NCBI GenBank assembly: GCA_944390735.1
Contig: CALXRL010000087.1
Location: forward strand, 3,031 to 67,030
Length of the DNA: 64,000 bases
Reading direction: 5' to 3'
Source: an uncultured Victivallales bacterium
GTDB taxonomy: Bacteria; Verrucomicrobiota; Lentisphaeria; Victivallales; UBA1829
Below are positions 36,509-46,600 of this stretch, in pieces. The notes beneath the pieces are model-generated. The model was not told the origin of the DNA and made no database searches. It saw nothing but the letters and a program-made list of their open reading frames with translations. Position numbers and translations under genes: made by a program. Within the stretch, counting starts at the first letter, position 1. Every line of letters starts with the position of its first letter.

Positions 36509-36920
36509 AACCCGTTCGCCCGAAGAGACGGAGGCGCTTGCCGCCCGGATCGCGCGGGAAACCGCTCCGGGAACCATTTTCCTCCTGCGCGGAGATCTGG
36601 GCGCGGGAAAAACCGCTTTCACCCGCGGATTCGCCAGGGGACTCGGGATTCAGGAGCCGGTTTCCAGCCCGACATTCACCATCGTGCAGGAGTATGCGTT
36701 CGGAGACTCCAGGATGCTTTATCATATGGACCTCTACCGCATCGCCGATTCGGATGCGGCGCTTGCTTTCGGTATCGACGATTTCCTGTTCGACCGGAAT
36801 GCCATCTGTCTGATCGAGTGGCCGGAGCGGGCCGAGGATCTTTATCCGGCCGATGCGGTCAATGTCGAGATCGAGCATACCGCGGAGGAGAACCGCAGAA
36901 TCATCCGGATCCGGCGCTGA
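36486..36920 (+). CDS. tsaE: tRNA threonylcarbamoyladenosine biosynthesis ATPase TsaE
   Basis: ORF trimmed to ATG 36486. It has the P-loop LRGDLGAGKTAFTRG and the motifs SPTFTIVQEY and HMDLYR. Confidence 0.85.
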   Translation: MKTAETFETRSPEETEALAARIARETAPGTIFLLRGDLGAGKTAFTRGFARGLGIQEPVSSPTFTIVQEYAFGDSRMLYHMDLYRIADSDAALAFGIDDFLFDRNAICLIEWPERAEDLYPADAVNVEIEHTAEENRRIIRIRR

Positions 36921-36921
36921 G

Positions 36922-37803
36922 ATGGACATCATGGAATCGCAGGAGCTTCTCCCGGCGCGCATCATCCGCATGGTGGTGGCATTCGACGGAACCGCGTATC
37001 ACGGATGGCAGAGACAGCCCAATGGTCTCACGGTTCAGCAGGTCGTCGAAGAGCGTCTGTTCCAACTCTTCGGTGAAATTCCGATCCGGATTCAGGGAAG
37101 CAGCCGGACCGATTCCGGCGTGCATTCGCTTGGTCTGACGGTCTCTTTCCCCGTTCCGCCGAACCGGAACATTCCGGAGTGGAAGATTCTCAAGGCGCTG
37201 AACCGTCTTCTTCCGGAGGATATCCGCATCCGGTCGGTCGAAACGGCTCCGGACGGATTCAATGCCCGTTTTTCCGCAAAGGCGAAATCCTATGTCTATG
37301 TGATCAACAGCGGCGAGATCAATCCGTTTACCGGCCGCTGGAGCTGGCATCTGCATGACTTCCGGGAGCTTGACGCGGTTTCACGCGCGCTCGCCTTCCT
37401 GAAGGGAACGCATGATTTCTCCACCTTTTCAGTCGAGTCGAAGAAGTATGACGATCCGGTGCGTTCGATTCTGCGTGCGGAGCTTTATGAATGCGGTCCT
37501 CTGAAATGCATTCATTTTATCGGAGACGGTTTCCTGTATAAAATGGTTCGGAGCATGGTGGGGGTGCTGGCGGAGATCGGACGCGGACGCATCGCTCCCG
37601 AGATCATTCCGGAGATGCTCGACGCCCGGAGCCGCTGCGCCGCCCGCGACACGGCGCCTGCGAGGGGACTCTTCCTGATGAAAGTGTTTTATGAAAACAG
37701 GGAATGGGAGGACTATGTCATCCACACCATTCCCTGGATGGAACTCTTTCCCGCGGCGTCGTTGCCGGATTCCGCGGAGAGGCGCGTCACGGATCTGCCG
37801 TGA
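36922..37803 (+). CDS. truA: tRNA pseudouridine38-40 synthase
   Basis: ORF trimmed to ATG 36922. It has VAFDGTAYHGWQRQPN, GSSRTDSGVHS and FLYKMVRSMVG. Confidence 0.9.
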   Translation: MDIMESQELLPARIIRMVVAFDGTAYHGWQRQPNGLTVQQVVEERLFQLFGEIPIRIQGSSRTDSGVHSLGLTVSFPVPPNRNIPEWKILKALNRLLPEDIRIRSVETAPDGFNARFSAKAKSYVYVINSGEINPFTGRWSWHLHDFRELDAVSRALAFLKGTHDFSTFSVESKKYDDPVRSILRAELYECGPLKCIHFIGDGFLYKMVRSMVGVLAEIGRGRIAPEIIPEMLDARSRCAARDTAPARGLFLMKVFYENREWEDYVIHTIPWMELFPAASLPDSAERRVTDLP

Positions 37804-40800
37804 TCCGGTAGATCATCGTGACTCCGGCGGGACCGAACACTTCGGCTCGGAAGCGGAGGCCGCCGTCTCTCTTTTCCGAGGGGATGGTTCCCAGCACGGA
37901 ACCGTCAAGTCCGATCGCCTGAACGGTCCAGGAGGGGACGGTGGACGAAACGTTCATCGTCAGATCGGCGCGTCCGCGACAGGCCAGAATCGGAAGGGTT
38001 CCGTTGTTCAGGGTCAGGCGCGCCTCTTCATTCTGGAAAACCGTTCCGCTGTTGATGGCATCGGTCAAATGGAATAGAAGAAGGTCGCGGCTTTCCGCCA
38101 GCGGTTTGTCGTCAAGCGAATGTACCGAGAGGGTGGAAAAATCCAGCGAATTGCGGATGGACAGGAATTTTCCCGTCATCCGGCCGCCGGAAAATGTGAA
38201 AAGTTCCGATTTCGGCGTGACCACGGAAACTTTCATGGCGTTCCGGTCCAGCGTGATCTCCCCGGTGGAACTGACGGCCACCCCCTCTTTCCGATAGCGG
38301 TCCAGCGCCTTTCGATAGCGAGGCGGCAGTTGCTCTTTCCACTGTTTCCCGGGAAGGATCCTGCTGTTCCGCAGAACCGCATTTGCCGGGGCCGATCCGA
38401 TTCCGGTGAAGAATCCAAGCTCGCAGAAGGCCGGATCGAAACGGTCGTGGAATCCCGGATTCTCCCAGCCGTAGCAGAAAACGGGACCGCTTGCGGGGGC
38501 GACATCGCCGCGGACAAAGAGAAAATAGAAGATCCGTCCCGTCAGAATCCCGATCGGATCGTAGTAGTGGTCGAACGATCCGGCTCCCGCCAGACGGTTG
38601 ATGTTTTTCGCATCGTGCCCGTAGGCGAAGCGGTAGAGGCCATCCCAGTCCTGAAGCGCGGCATAAGCGCCCGCCATCGCGGCAATCTCGCTGCGGAACC
38701 GGTTCGGATAGCAGAACTGCAGCTCCGTGATTATCATCGGCTTCCCCGGCAGTCGGATTCTCATGTTGTTCATAATGGACCCGTTCCCGCCGGCGATGGC
38801 ACTGCTCTGCGTGTTGGAGATCGGCACATTCCAGTTGTTGAGCGGGTAGCCCGGGTGATCGTGATAGACGTGACCGTCGATCAGATCCAGCTCCCAGCGG
38901 AACGGCTGAAGATTGAGCTTGGCATCGTTGTTCAGATTCGTAAGAAACATCTTTGCTCCGAGCTCTTCCCGCAGAAAGCGCATCTGCTCCCGCTGGACCT
39001 TGAACTGGCGCTCCTTCAGGAACTCATAAAATTCCGGTCCCCGTTTCCTGGCCAGTTCCGGTGTGTAGATCTTCTTCTCCCGCAGATACTCGCAGTAGAC
39101 TTTTTCGACGAGGGGAAGAAGCTGCTCATGAGCGTTCCAGGTGTTGTAGATCGGAGCTTCGTTGTCCAGATTGATGGCAAACAGGGCGGGATCCTCCAGC
39201 ATGCTCATGCCCGTGTAGGGATTTTTCATGGTCAGGAGTTTTCTGGCATAGTCCTTCCAGTTCTGAAGGGCGCTTTCGGAGAACATGGTCAGCGTTTTCC
39301 GGATGCTCTGGTCGCTGGAGGAACGGCACTCCGCGATATGGTCGCCGGGACGGACAATCCGGGTGCAGTGAAGATCCGTCGTAAGATACATCCCTTTTTC
39401 CCGGAGTTTGGCCCAGAGATAGTGGAAGTTGTCAAGCCGGTCCTTTTTGAAATCGAGAGTGCTCGGTTTGGACCAGTCGTAGAGCCAGTTCTCAAACTGA
39501 TGCAGCCGGACGGAGTTGAAGCCCTCCATGGCGATGCGCTCCACCAGAAGATCCGTCTCCTCATGCGTCGGAACATTCAGAAACTGTCCGAAATTTGTCC
39601 CGTTGAAGCGGATGCGTTTCGCGGGATCCTTCTTCAGGACAAAGTGTCCCTTGTCATTGATTTTCAGGGCGCCGTCCCTGAGGGAATGGAAGCGGTTCAA
39701 TCCGGAGAAATCCATGACGGAACCCTTCCGGAACCGGAACGGCAGGGGAATCGGCTTCCATTTCTGATCTTCCCGGATCGTGACGTGCCGTTCGGCCGTG
39801 CGCTGCGGCCGCAAGTTCCCCAGCGAAACCCCCGCAATCATCCAGACACTTTTCCCCGGAAGAAAACGGATGCTTTTCAGCCCTTTTTCCGGGATCCGGA
39901 ATGCCGAGACAAAAAGACCGACCTTGCTGCTCCGGTTGTCTCCTGTCCAGCCGATGACCCCGTTCTCAAAGGAAAAGACCGGCGACCACCAGTTCCCGCA
40001 GTCCTTCCCCGCGATCACCGGAATTGCTGTTTTCGATCCGTCGGAGAAAGCCAGCTCCGCTTTTCCGATCGTTTCGCCGTTTTTCGGAACCCATGCCGCG
40101 GCATGAAGCAGATAGAGATACCGGGCGCTTTCCGTTTTGGCAAACGTCAGCTTCCCGATCGGCGGAAATCTGCGGAAACGGGAAAGAACCACGCAGCTCC
40201 TGCCTCCGTTTTTCGCCGGATCAAGAATTTCAAACGGAATGCCGGCGAATTCCCCGGTTCCGAACTTTGTCATGCAGGAAAGATCGTTGGAGGGACCCTG
40301 ATCGGTCCATCCGCCTTTTCCGTCATCCGCCTGTTTGTCGGTGAAGCCCATGTTCGCTGCGGAGGCGATGGAGACGGGCCGCATGGAGGCTTTCTCCCGC
40401 CGGATGGAAATGGTCATGTCAAAGCGCTTTTCCCGATTGGATTCCGGCACATGGAGGTGGATGCAGTAGTACGGTTCTTTCGTTGAAAAGCGGAGATCGC
40501 CGATCGAAACGGAAAACGTGCCGCGCAGCGTGTAGACCTCCATTCCGGAGACGATGCGGAAGGAGCTGTTCTTTTTTACGGGAGTCCATTTCAGAATGGT
40601 TGGCCGCTCTTTTTTCCCGGAAAGGCGGAAGAGGGTGCCGTTCACCTCCAGATCGGCGGGGCGGTCGGCGGGAATCTTGATCTCCGCGCTGATGTGACGG
40701 GTGTCGCCGACGCCGCGCAGAACGGCGGTATAGAGCCAGTTGTCGGCATCCTGTTCCGTCAGCGTGCAGACCGCTTTGGCACCGCGCCCTTCCGGATAGG

Positions 40801-41017
40801 AACATTCGCCTGCAATGGAGGTGCGGGCGCCGTCACGGACGACTTTGCCTTTCGGAAAGACGATCGGTTTCCATGCCGGGTTGTGACGCCACTCCACTCG
40901 GATGCTCTTCCCGAGGGAAAGACGCCCCTGCGGTGTGATGGAAACCGCCGACTCCGCCGCCGAAACCATCGAAGCGGCAAAAAAAAGGACAATGACTCTG
41001 CTGAAACGAAATTTCAT
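37787..41017 (-). CDS. secreted 1076-aa glycoside hydrolase, clan GH-A-like (beta/alpha)8 core with N-terminal beta-sandwich modules
   Basis: ORF 37787..41602 trimmed to MKFRFSRVIVLFFAASMVSAAESA (ATG 41017, AAGGAG RBS). The candidate acid/base motif is INLDNEAP and the candidate nucleophile motif is MIITELQF. The exact GH family is not assigned. Confidence 0.8.
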   Translation of the reverse strand: MKFRFSRVIVLFFAASMVSAAESAVSITPQGRLSLGKSIRVEWRHNPAWKPIVFPKGKVVRDGARTSIAGECSYPEGRGAKAVCTLTEQDADNWLYTAVLRGVGDTRHISAEIKIPADRPADLEVNGTLFRLSGKKERPTILKWTPVKKNSSFRIVSGMEVYTLRGTFSVSIGDLRFSTKEPYYCIHLHVPESNREKRFDMTISIRREKASMRPVSIASAANMGFTDKQADDGKGGWTDQGPSNDLSCMTKFGTGEFAGIPFEILDPAKNGGRSCVVLSRFRRFPPIGKLTFAKTESARYLYLLHAAAWVPKNGETIGKAELAFSDGSKTAIPVIAGKDCGNWWSPVFSFENGVIGWTGDNRSSKVGLFVSAFRIPEKGLKSIRFLPGKSVWMIAGVSLGNLRPQRTAERHVTIREDQKWKPIPLPFRFRKGSVMDFSGLNRFHSLRDGALKINDKGHFVLKKDPAKRIRFNGTNFGQFLNVPTHEETDLLVERIAMEGFNSVRLHQFENWLYDWSKPSTLDFKKDRLDNFHYLWAKLREKGMYLTTDLHCTRIVRPGDHIAECRSSSDQSIRKTLTMFSESALQNWKDYARKLLTMKNPYTGMSMLEDPALFAINLDNEAPIYNTWNAHEQLLPLVEKVYCEYLREKKIYTPELARKRGPEFYEFLKERQFKVQREQMRFLREELGAKMFLTNLNNDAKLNLQPFRWELDLIDGHVYHDHPGYPLNNWNVPISNTQSSAIAGGNGSIMNNMRIRLPGKPMIITELQFCYPNRFRSEIAAMAGAYAALQDWDGLYRFAYGHDAKNINRLAGAGSFDHYYDPIGILTGRIFYFLFVRGDVAPASGPVFCYGWENPGFHDRFDPAFCELGFFTGIGSAPANAVLRNSRILPGKQWKEQLPPRYRKALDRYRKEGVAVSSTGEITLDRNAMKVSVVTPKSELFTFSGGRMTGKFLSIRNSLDFSTLSVHSLDDKPLAESRDLLLFHLTDAINSGTVFQNEEARLTLNNGTLPILACRGRADLTMNVSSTVPSWTVQAIGLDGSVLGTIPSEKRDGGLRFRAEVFGPAGVTMIYRITADP

Positions 41018-41028
41018 TTTTGGACTCC

Positions 41029-41775
41029 TTAGAATGCAGTAACGGCGCCGGTCGCCTTGTTGTAATATTTCCGGAAGCCGGAACGGACTCGCAGACCGTA
41101 GTGGTCGCGTCCTTCCGCGTGACCGTCGAAAAAGAGAGCGTTTGCCCGGTTGTTGTGCAGTGGATAAACCGCCGTCTCCGAGGCAAAGCGATAGTAGGGT
41201 TTCCTGTCGTTTGCATGAAAGGAATCTGCAAGAATGATGATGTCGCTGAGCATTCCCTTCTGCGGCGGAATCATGTCTCCAGCTGTGGCCAGTTTGGGGA
41301 TCTGATTGATATTCGGATAGATGCTCTCGCTCCACCAGCCGTTTCCCAGGGCGGTGTTGTAGCCGTAAATATAGCTGAGATAGGACCATGTATTGTCCAG
41401 CTTGAAGCCCTGAAGGGCGGGACAGACCAGCGGACGCGTATTCTGCGGCGTCAGAGTATCCCAGGTATAGGGGAGTTTCGCCATCGAACGGATTCTTTCC
41501 GCCCAGCGGACGTTTTCTCCATTGACGGCCGGATAGTAGTCGTTGTACGAGTCCGCATATTGCATGAAATAAAGTCCCTGCTGTTTCAGATTGTTGAGGC
41601 ACGAGACCGACTGCGCTTTCTCCCGCGCCGAATTCAGGGCGGGAAGCAGGAGTGACGCCAGAATTGCAATAATTGCAATAACGATCAGAAGCTCTATCAA
41701 TGTAAAGAGATTCTTCTCCCGTTCCGGAGTCCGCATGGGGTATTTCAGCTCAGCTGATCGACTTTGCAGAATCAT
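41029..41775 (-). CDS. prepilin-type N-terminal domain protein with H-X9-DG motif (pseudopilin-like)
   Basis: It has [29 protein letters not shown] and the C-terminal [13 protein letters not shown]. Its stop lies 11 nt upstream of the hydrolase start. An alternative start exists at M14. Confidence 0.9.
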   Translation of the reverse strand: MILQSRSAELKYPMRTPEREKNLFTLIELLIVIAIIAILASLLLPALNSAREKAQSVSCLNNLKQQGLYFMQYADSYNDYYPAVNGENVRWAERIRSMAKLPYTWDTLTPQNTRPLVCPALQGFKLDNTWSYLSYIYGYNTALGNGWWSESIYPNINQIPKLATAGDMIPPQKGMLSDIIILADSFHANDRKPYYRFASETAVYPLHNNRANALFFDGHAEGRDHYGLRVRSGFRKYYNKATGAVTAF

Positions 41776-41833
41776 TTATGTTTTCTCCTGTTGATTTCTT
41801 GTCTGTTCTGTTTTATAGTAAACCCTGCATGAA

Positions 41834-41861
41834 ATTATACACAGAAAAGAAGGTTTGTCAA
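41834..41861 (-). promoter_or_regulatory. exact-consensus sigma70 promoter (TTGACA-N16-TATAAT, minus strand) for cassette B
   Basis: The plus strand reads attata at 41834-41839 and tgtcaa at 41856-41861. Confidence 0.6.
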
Positions 41862-42017
41862 GATCTTTTTTCAGAGTCTGCATGAGGAATCAGAGAGAAA
41901 TACATGAGGAATTTAGGACAACAGAAAAGACGCCGTCATTCGCTCCGGAAGCCGAAACATGAGGATTCCTGGTCCGATAGCCACCGCTATGATCTGCAGC
42001 GGCGGGAAATCTGGAGA

Positions 42018-42809
42018 ATGCCGACCGATGTTCAGCTTCCGCTCTTTCCCTTCTGCATGGAAGAGGAAATCCGGATCGGCGACTACTGGTACCGCGACAA
42101 TTTCACACGCTATCTTCTGATTGTGATCGGACTCAAAGGCAGCATCTCCTTTCAGTTTGAGGATCACGAGACGATTCTGACCGGCGGACACATCCTGGTG
42201 ATTCCGCCCGGGACCTCCTATCTGCTGAAGAACGCGGATACCTTCTCCTCCCACAAGGTGGTGATTGAATTCATTGGAAACAATCTGAATTCCGATATTG
42301 CCACATTGGGTCTGAACCGCCAGATCCTTCTGAAGACGGGGGAGTATCTGAAACTTGCGGGTCTGCTCCGCGAAATCGGGGATCGGATGCAGGAAAAGAA
42401 GATGGAGGATATTCCGCTTCTGGTCGGACTCTCCTACCGATTCTGTACAGCTCTTTCGATGCTGCTGCCGAGAAATGAGCCGGACAATCTTCTTCTGAGC
42501 CGGGCAAGGATGATTCTGGAAAGCAGTTTTGAAAAGAAGGTGACGATCGGCGCGCTTGCGTCGGAACTTCGGTGTTCGCCTTCCTTTCTGAACAAGCTTT
42601 TCCGGCGGGAGCTGGGAACGACTCCCATGCAGTATCGGCTGGAGAAGAAGATTGCCTGCGCTCGTTATCTTCTCTGTTCGACGACGCTGACGGTGAAGGA
42701 GATTGCATTTCAGCTGGGATATTGTGATCCGTTTTATTTTTCAGGCGAGTTTCGCCGCATCACGGGAGAGTCTCCCGGTGCGGCGAGAAAGAGAAAGGCT
42801 CTGATCTGA
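42018..42809 (+). CDS. AraC family transcriptional regulator
   Basis: The C-terminal double HTH is IGALASELRCSPSFLNKLFRRELGTTPMQY...VKEIAFQLGYCDPFYFSGEFRRITGESP. The start is placed at ATG 42018; the upstream ATG at 41904 would add a very basic 38-aa extension. Confidence 0.85.
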   Translation: MPTDVQLPLFPFCMEEEIRIGDYWYRDNFTRYLLIVIGLKGSISFQFEDHETILTGGHILVIPPGTSYLLKNADTFSSHKVVIEFIGNNLNSDIATLGLNRQILLKTGEYLKLAGLLREIGDRMQEKKMEDIPLLVGLSYRFCTALSMLLPRNEPDNLLLSRARMILESSFEKKVTIGALASELRCSPSFLNKLFRRELGTTPMQYRLEKKIACARYLLCSTTLTVKEIAFQLGYCDPFYFSGEFRRITGESPGAARKRKALI

Positions 42810-42818
42810 ATTTTCCGC

Positions 42819-43604
42819 TTACTCTGCGTGAGGCGTGAAACGGTACTCCACCGACCAGCTCCAGACACTCCCGGCCGGATACGTTTCCGCTTTGTTCTTC
42901 CAGTACGACACCGGAGTTCCGTCCAGACGGAAATTCTTCTCGCCCCAGTTGCGGCAATCCTTCAGACTCAAACTCGTCTTCTCGCCCGCAACCGCCTGAA
43001 AAATCCCTTCCGGATACGATATCTTCACGGAAAGAAAGCCCCCCTTGTGGATCCCTTTCCCTTTTTCACAGGTCGCAGGAATCGAAATCAGCTCATTCTT
43101 CGCCTTGGCCGTGGCGCAGGCCATCCCACGGTCGATCACGGCCGTCAGAGGCAGATTCATGAGGCTGCCGAAGATGTCCATGCGCGTCGCCATCGGAACT
43201 TTGGAGGTGAACTGATAGTCGATCTTCATTCCTTCCGGTTCAAAAAGCGTGGTCTGGCGATACGTCGCCGCTTCCGGATACTTTTTGTTTCCAATCGTTC
43301 CGGTTGAGACAATCCGGACCCGGTTGTTCCCCAGCTCTTCCACCGTCGCGGAAACCTCTTTCGCAGACTGCTGGAACAGACGCGTATCATATTTTTCCGA
43401 CGTGTCAATGTAATTGCCGACCACCGAAAGGGAACGGAATACCTCGGTCTTTCCGAACGTCCCCTTGTACAGAAGCCCCGAAGGGGCAATCGAAGTTTGA
43501 TAGGTCTTCCCCTGATAGGAAAAGATTTTGGTCAAGGGCGCGCTCTCCGCTGCAAAGGCGCCGACGCAGGCCAGCAGAAGGGAGGTAAGCAGAACTTTTT
43601 TCAT
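42819..43604 (-). CDS. secreted hypothetical protein (261 aa)
   Basis: The signal peptide is MKKVLLTSLLLACVGAFAAESA. It is the last gene of cassette C. I recognise no family. Confidence 0.75.
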   Translation of the reverse strand: MKKVLLTSLLLACVGAFAAESAPLTKIFSYQGKTYQTSIAPSGLLYKGTFGKTEVFRSLSVVGNYIDTSEKYDTRLFQQSAKEVSATVEELGNNRVRIVSTGTIGNKKYPEAATYRQTTLFEPEGMKIDYQFTSKVPMATRMDIFGSLMNLPLTAVIDRGMACATAKAKNELISIPATCEKGKGIHKGGFLSVKISYPEGIFQAVAGEKTSLSLKDCRNWGEKNFRLDGTPVSYWKNKAETYPAGSVWSWSVEYRFTPHAE

Positions 43605-43692
43605 TTGATTTTTTCTCCTGTTTTTTGTTTTGTTCTGTTCCGGCCGGGAACCGTCCGGAAGCTCTTTTCATGAAATCGTTTGCTGGGGATTC

Positions 43693-46600
43693 CTATTTTT
43701 CTCCCACTCCGGAGATGACCGAGGAGAGCCTCTGGCGTCCCGTAATGGCGATGACAACCGGAATCGCAACGCCTTCCGAAACCATGTCGATGCTGACAAT
43801 TTTCCGGTTCGGATGCGGATTGATGAACTCGCTGACAAAAAGACTCTTCTTTTCATCACGATACACCACTTTGGCATTCCGTTTGTCCTGCGCCTGCCAC
43901 CAGTCGGGCAGATCGTAGCGGGTGTCCGCGGCGAACTCCTGCGATGAACCATCCTCGTAACGCAGGATGTAACGGATCGCGATTCCCGGTTCCCGCGCAT
44001 ACATCGCCGTGTGGAGAACGTAGATGGCGTTCAGCAGCGTGTTGACCGGAATTCCTGTGACGCGTTTCGGGAATCCGGGCCGTTCTTTCCCTTTCAGGAC
44101 AAGACAGCTTCTGCCGCCGTTTTCGGCCGGATTGAGAATCCGGAACGGAATGCCGCCCTGAAGACGCGTAATCGTTCCACAGGGAAGATTGCGCATGTCA
44201 TTGCCGGCGCCGAAATCGGTCCAGCCGTCCTTGCCGTCGCCGGCCTTGTCATCGGTGAAGGAGCGGTTCACAACCTTGCTCAGATCCGCGAAAAACGCAT
44301 CTTTCTCCTCCAGATACAGCACGTTCCCCGCCTGCGCGTCGGGAATGGGCAGCGCATATCGCGAAACGCCGGGCGCGGAAAAATAGTCCAGAAGACTTGT
44401 CAAATACTCTCCGGAAGCCCCGCTTTCCCGAATCCGGTCGGAGGCGGCGATCTGGGAAAGAATCACTTCCCCTTTTCCGATCTTCACATCGCAGAGAACC
44501 GCTTTGTAACACTCCGGATCAAGGCTGGCGGCAAGCGGCATCACCGCGACCATTCCGGCATCCATCGGTCCGATCGCGCAGCGGCTCATCCGCCCCAGAT
44601 CGCCGAACCAGCTGTCCATCTCCTCCTGCCGCAGATTCCTGAAAACGGGATGCGACGGATCCACCAGCGTCACCAGCGTTCCCGGATTCCCGGATACAAT
44701 GCTGTAATTGGCAAGAAACGGAAGTTTTCCGCACAGCGTCTGCTCCAGAACCAGAAGTTTCCCGCCTTTTTCAACCCATTGGAAAATCCGGTCGCCGGAT
44801 TCCAGAACGGTTTTGTCGAAACTGTTCGTGCCCAGAATCAGATGGGTGAAGGAATCCAGATCGCTGAAGTCGCGAATCGCGGTGAACGTTCCGCCGAGTT
44901 TCTTCAGCGTGCTGAAGGTGGTCGGCGTTTCCAGAAGACCGCGGAATTTGATCCCGGCGCTGTCGTAAAGGGCGCATTTCGCGGGAAGGACCGTCCTGCG
45001 GGCAGGAAAAATGGAGACATCGTAATAGTTGTCGCCGGCCCGTCTGCCGTTTTTGAACAGGTAGAGTTCCAGATATCCCCGTTCAATTTTTCCGGTGTCC
45101 GGTGCCTGGAAGCGGAAGCGGAGGCTTTTCTGCTCCATCGCCGGGATTTTCCCGAATTTCTGCGCGGGGAAGGTCCGGACAGACCCGCTTTCCAGCCGAA
45201 GCTGCGGAATGACTTCGAAAACGGCCTCCTCGTTGAGGTCGTTGGTGACAAAGAGTTCCACATCGACATCTTTTCCCGCGTAGGGCTGCTGATTGAACAC
45301 TCCGGCGGAGACGAGCGTCGGATTGTAGCAGCGGGCGGTTTCGTAGAAGGCCGGCGTAACGCTCCAGGCGGAAAGAGGAGTCTGCGGAACATCCGGAATG
45401 CTGTACCCCTCGGGGAAATCCCGGAAGAGGTCGTACCACTGCGCATTGGTGTGTCCGCCGAGGCATTGAACTCTCGCCCGGCGATAGATTTCCATCGGCC
45501 GTTTCAGATAACGGAAGGCGAATTTCCGATAGAGCGGCTTTTTGGCAATGTAGTCATCCGGTGTGGCGAAGTTGCTTTTGAACCGGAGATAGCCTCCGAC
45601 CTCGGGACGCGGATCCCGCAGCATCCGGGCATAGGCCTCCTTGAACGCAGGCGTGGTGCGCGGCATTTTCAGGAGCTTGACAATGTTTTTCTCCGTGGTG
45701 GCTCCGCGATACCGGGCGCAGTCGCCGGGAACGCCGTATTCGGCATCAACTTTCGGGATCGGGTGCGGGAAATAACGGTTCGCCACCTGCGCATAGCGTT
45801 TGATGTGTTCGATGTTCTCCTGCCAGGAGCCGCAGTAGGAGCCGCGGTACTGGTGGTCGTCGGCGACGTCGGTGCGCTCTTTCAGCAGTCCGGCCTGCAT
45901 GGATTCGAGAGTCTGGCGCCCGGTGGAACTGCAGATCGGGCGGTTCTGGAGATCCAGCTTCTTCACCATGCCGTAGAGCTGGTCAAGATTCTTCGAGAAG
46001 TAGAGATTCTGATGCCCCTCGTAGATCTCGTTCCCGAACGACCACATGACAAGGGATGGTCGGCTGTAATTGTCCCGGATGAACTCCTCAAACGCCGGCG
46101 CGGATTCCAGAATGCAGTTGTTCCACTCCTTGTCATAGGCGGGGAAGGAGCCCGGTCCGCTCCAGTCGAAGTAGACCAGCATCCCGATCTCGTCGCAGAT
46201 GTTGTAGAGATTCTCCAGCGGCGTGCCCTCTCCGCTGTGCGGACGGATCATGTTGACATGAAGTCGCTCCTTCATCAGGCGCAGCGCCTTCTCCGTTCCG
46301 TGGTCCAGATTGTTGTGGAGCGCCGGACAGCTCTGAATGGAAAACGTGTGCATGCGCGGCTTGAATTTCTTTCCGTTCAGCAGGAACCATTCCCCCTCGG
46401 TTTTGAATTCCCGGAAGCCGAAACGCTCGAAGCCGGCAACCTTTCCCGCTCCGTCGCGGATGCGCAGAACGTAGAGATGCGGATCCTCCGGCGACCAGAG
46501 ACGGGGCTTGGACAGCGGAATCGTTCCGACTTCATTCCAAGAGCTCCCCGCCGGGACCGGGAAGTCTTTGAAGTTTCGCACCGCAACGGTTTTCCCGTCT

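Noticed and set aside
38120-40486. 788-aa plus-strand ORF antisense to the cassette B hydrolase
   Set aside because: It is a shadow ORF. The minus-strand gene has a signal peptide, an RBS and catalytic motifs.
41018-41602. 195-codon N-terminal extension of ORF 37787..41602 that would overlap the pseudopilin gene
   Set aside because: The internal ATG at 41017 has an AAGGAG RBS and starts a textbook signal peptide. The extension overlaps a clearly real gene in another frame. Similar 5' extensions were trimmed for cca, nadD, the Gfo oxidoreductase, the FAD oxidoreductase, eda, rnhB, the MATE gene, ptsH, purE, tsaE, truA, the GspG-like gene and the 52579 pseudopilin.
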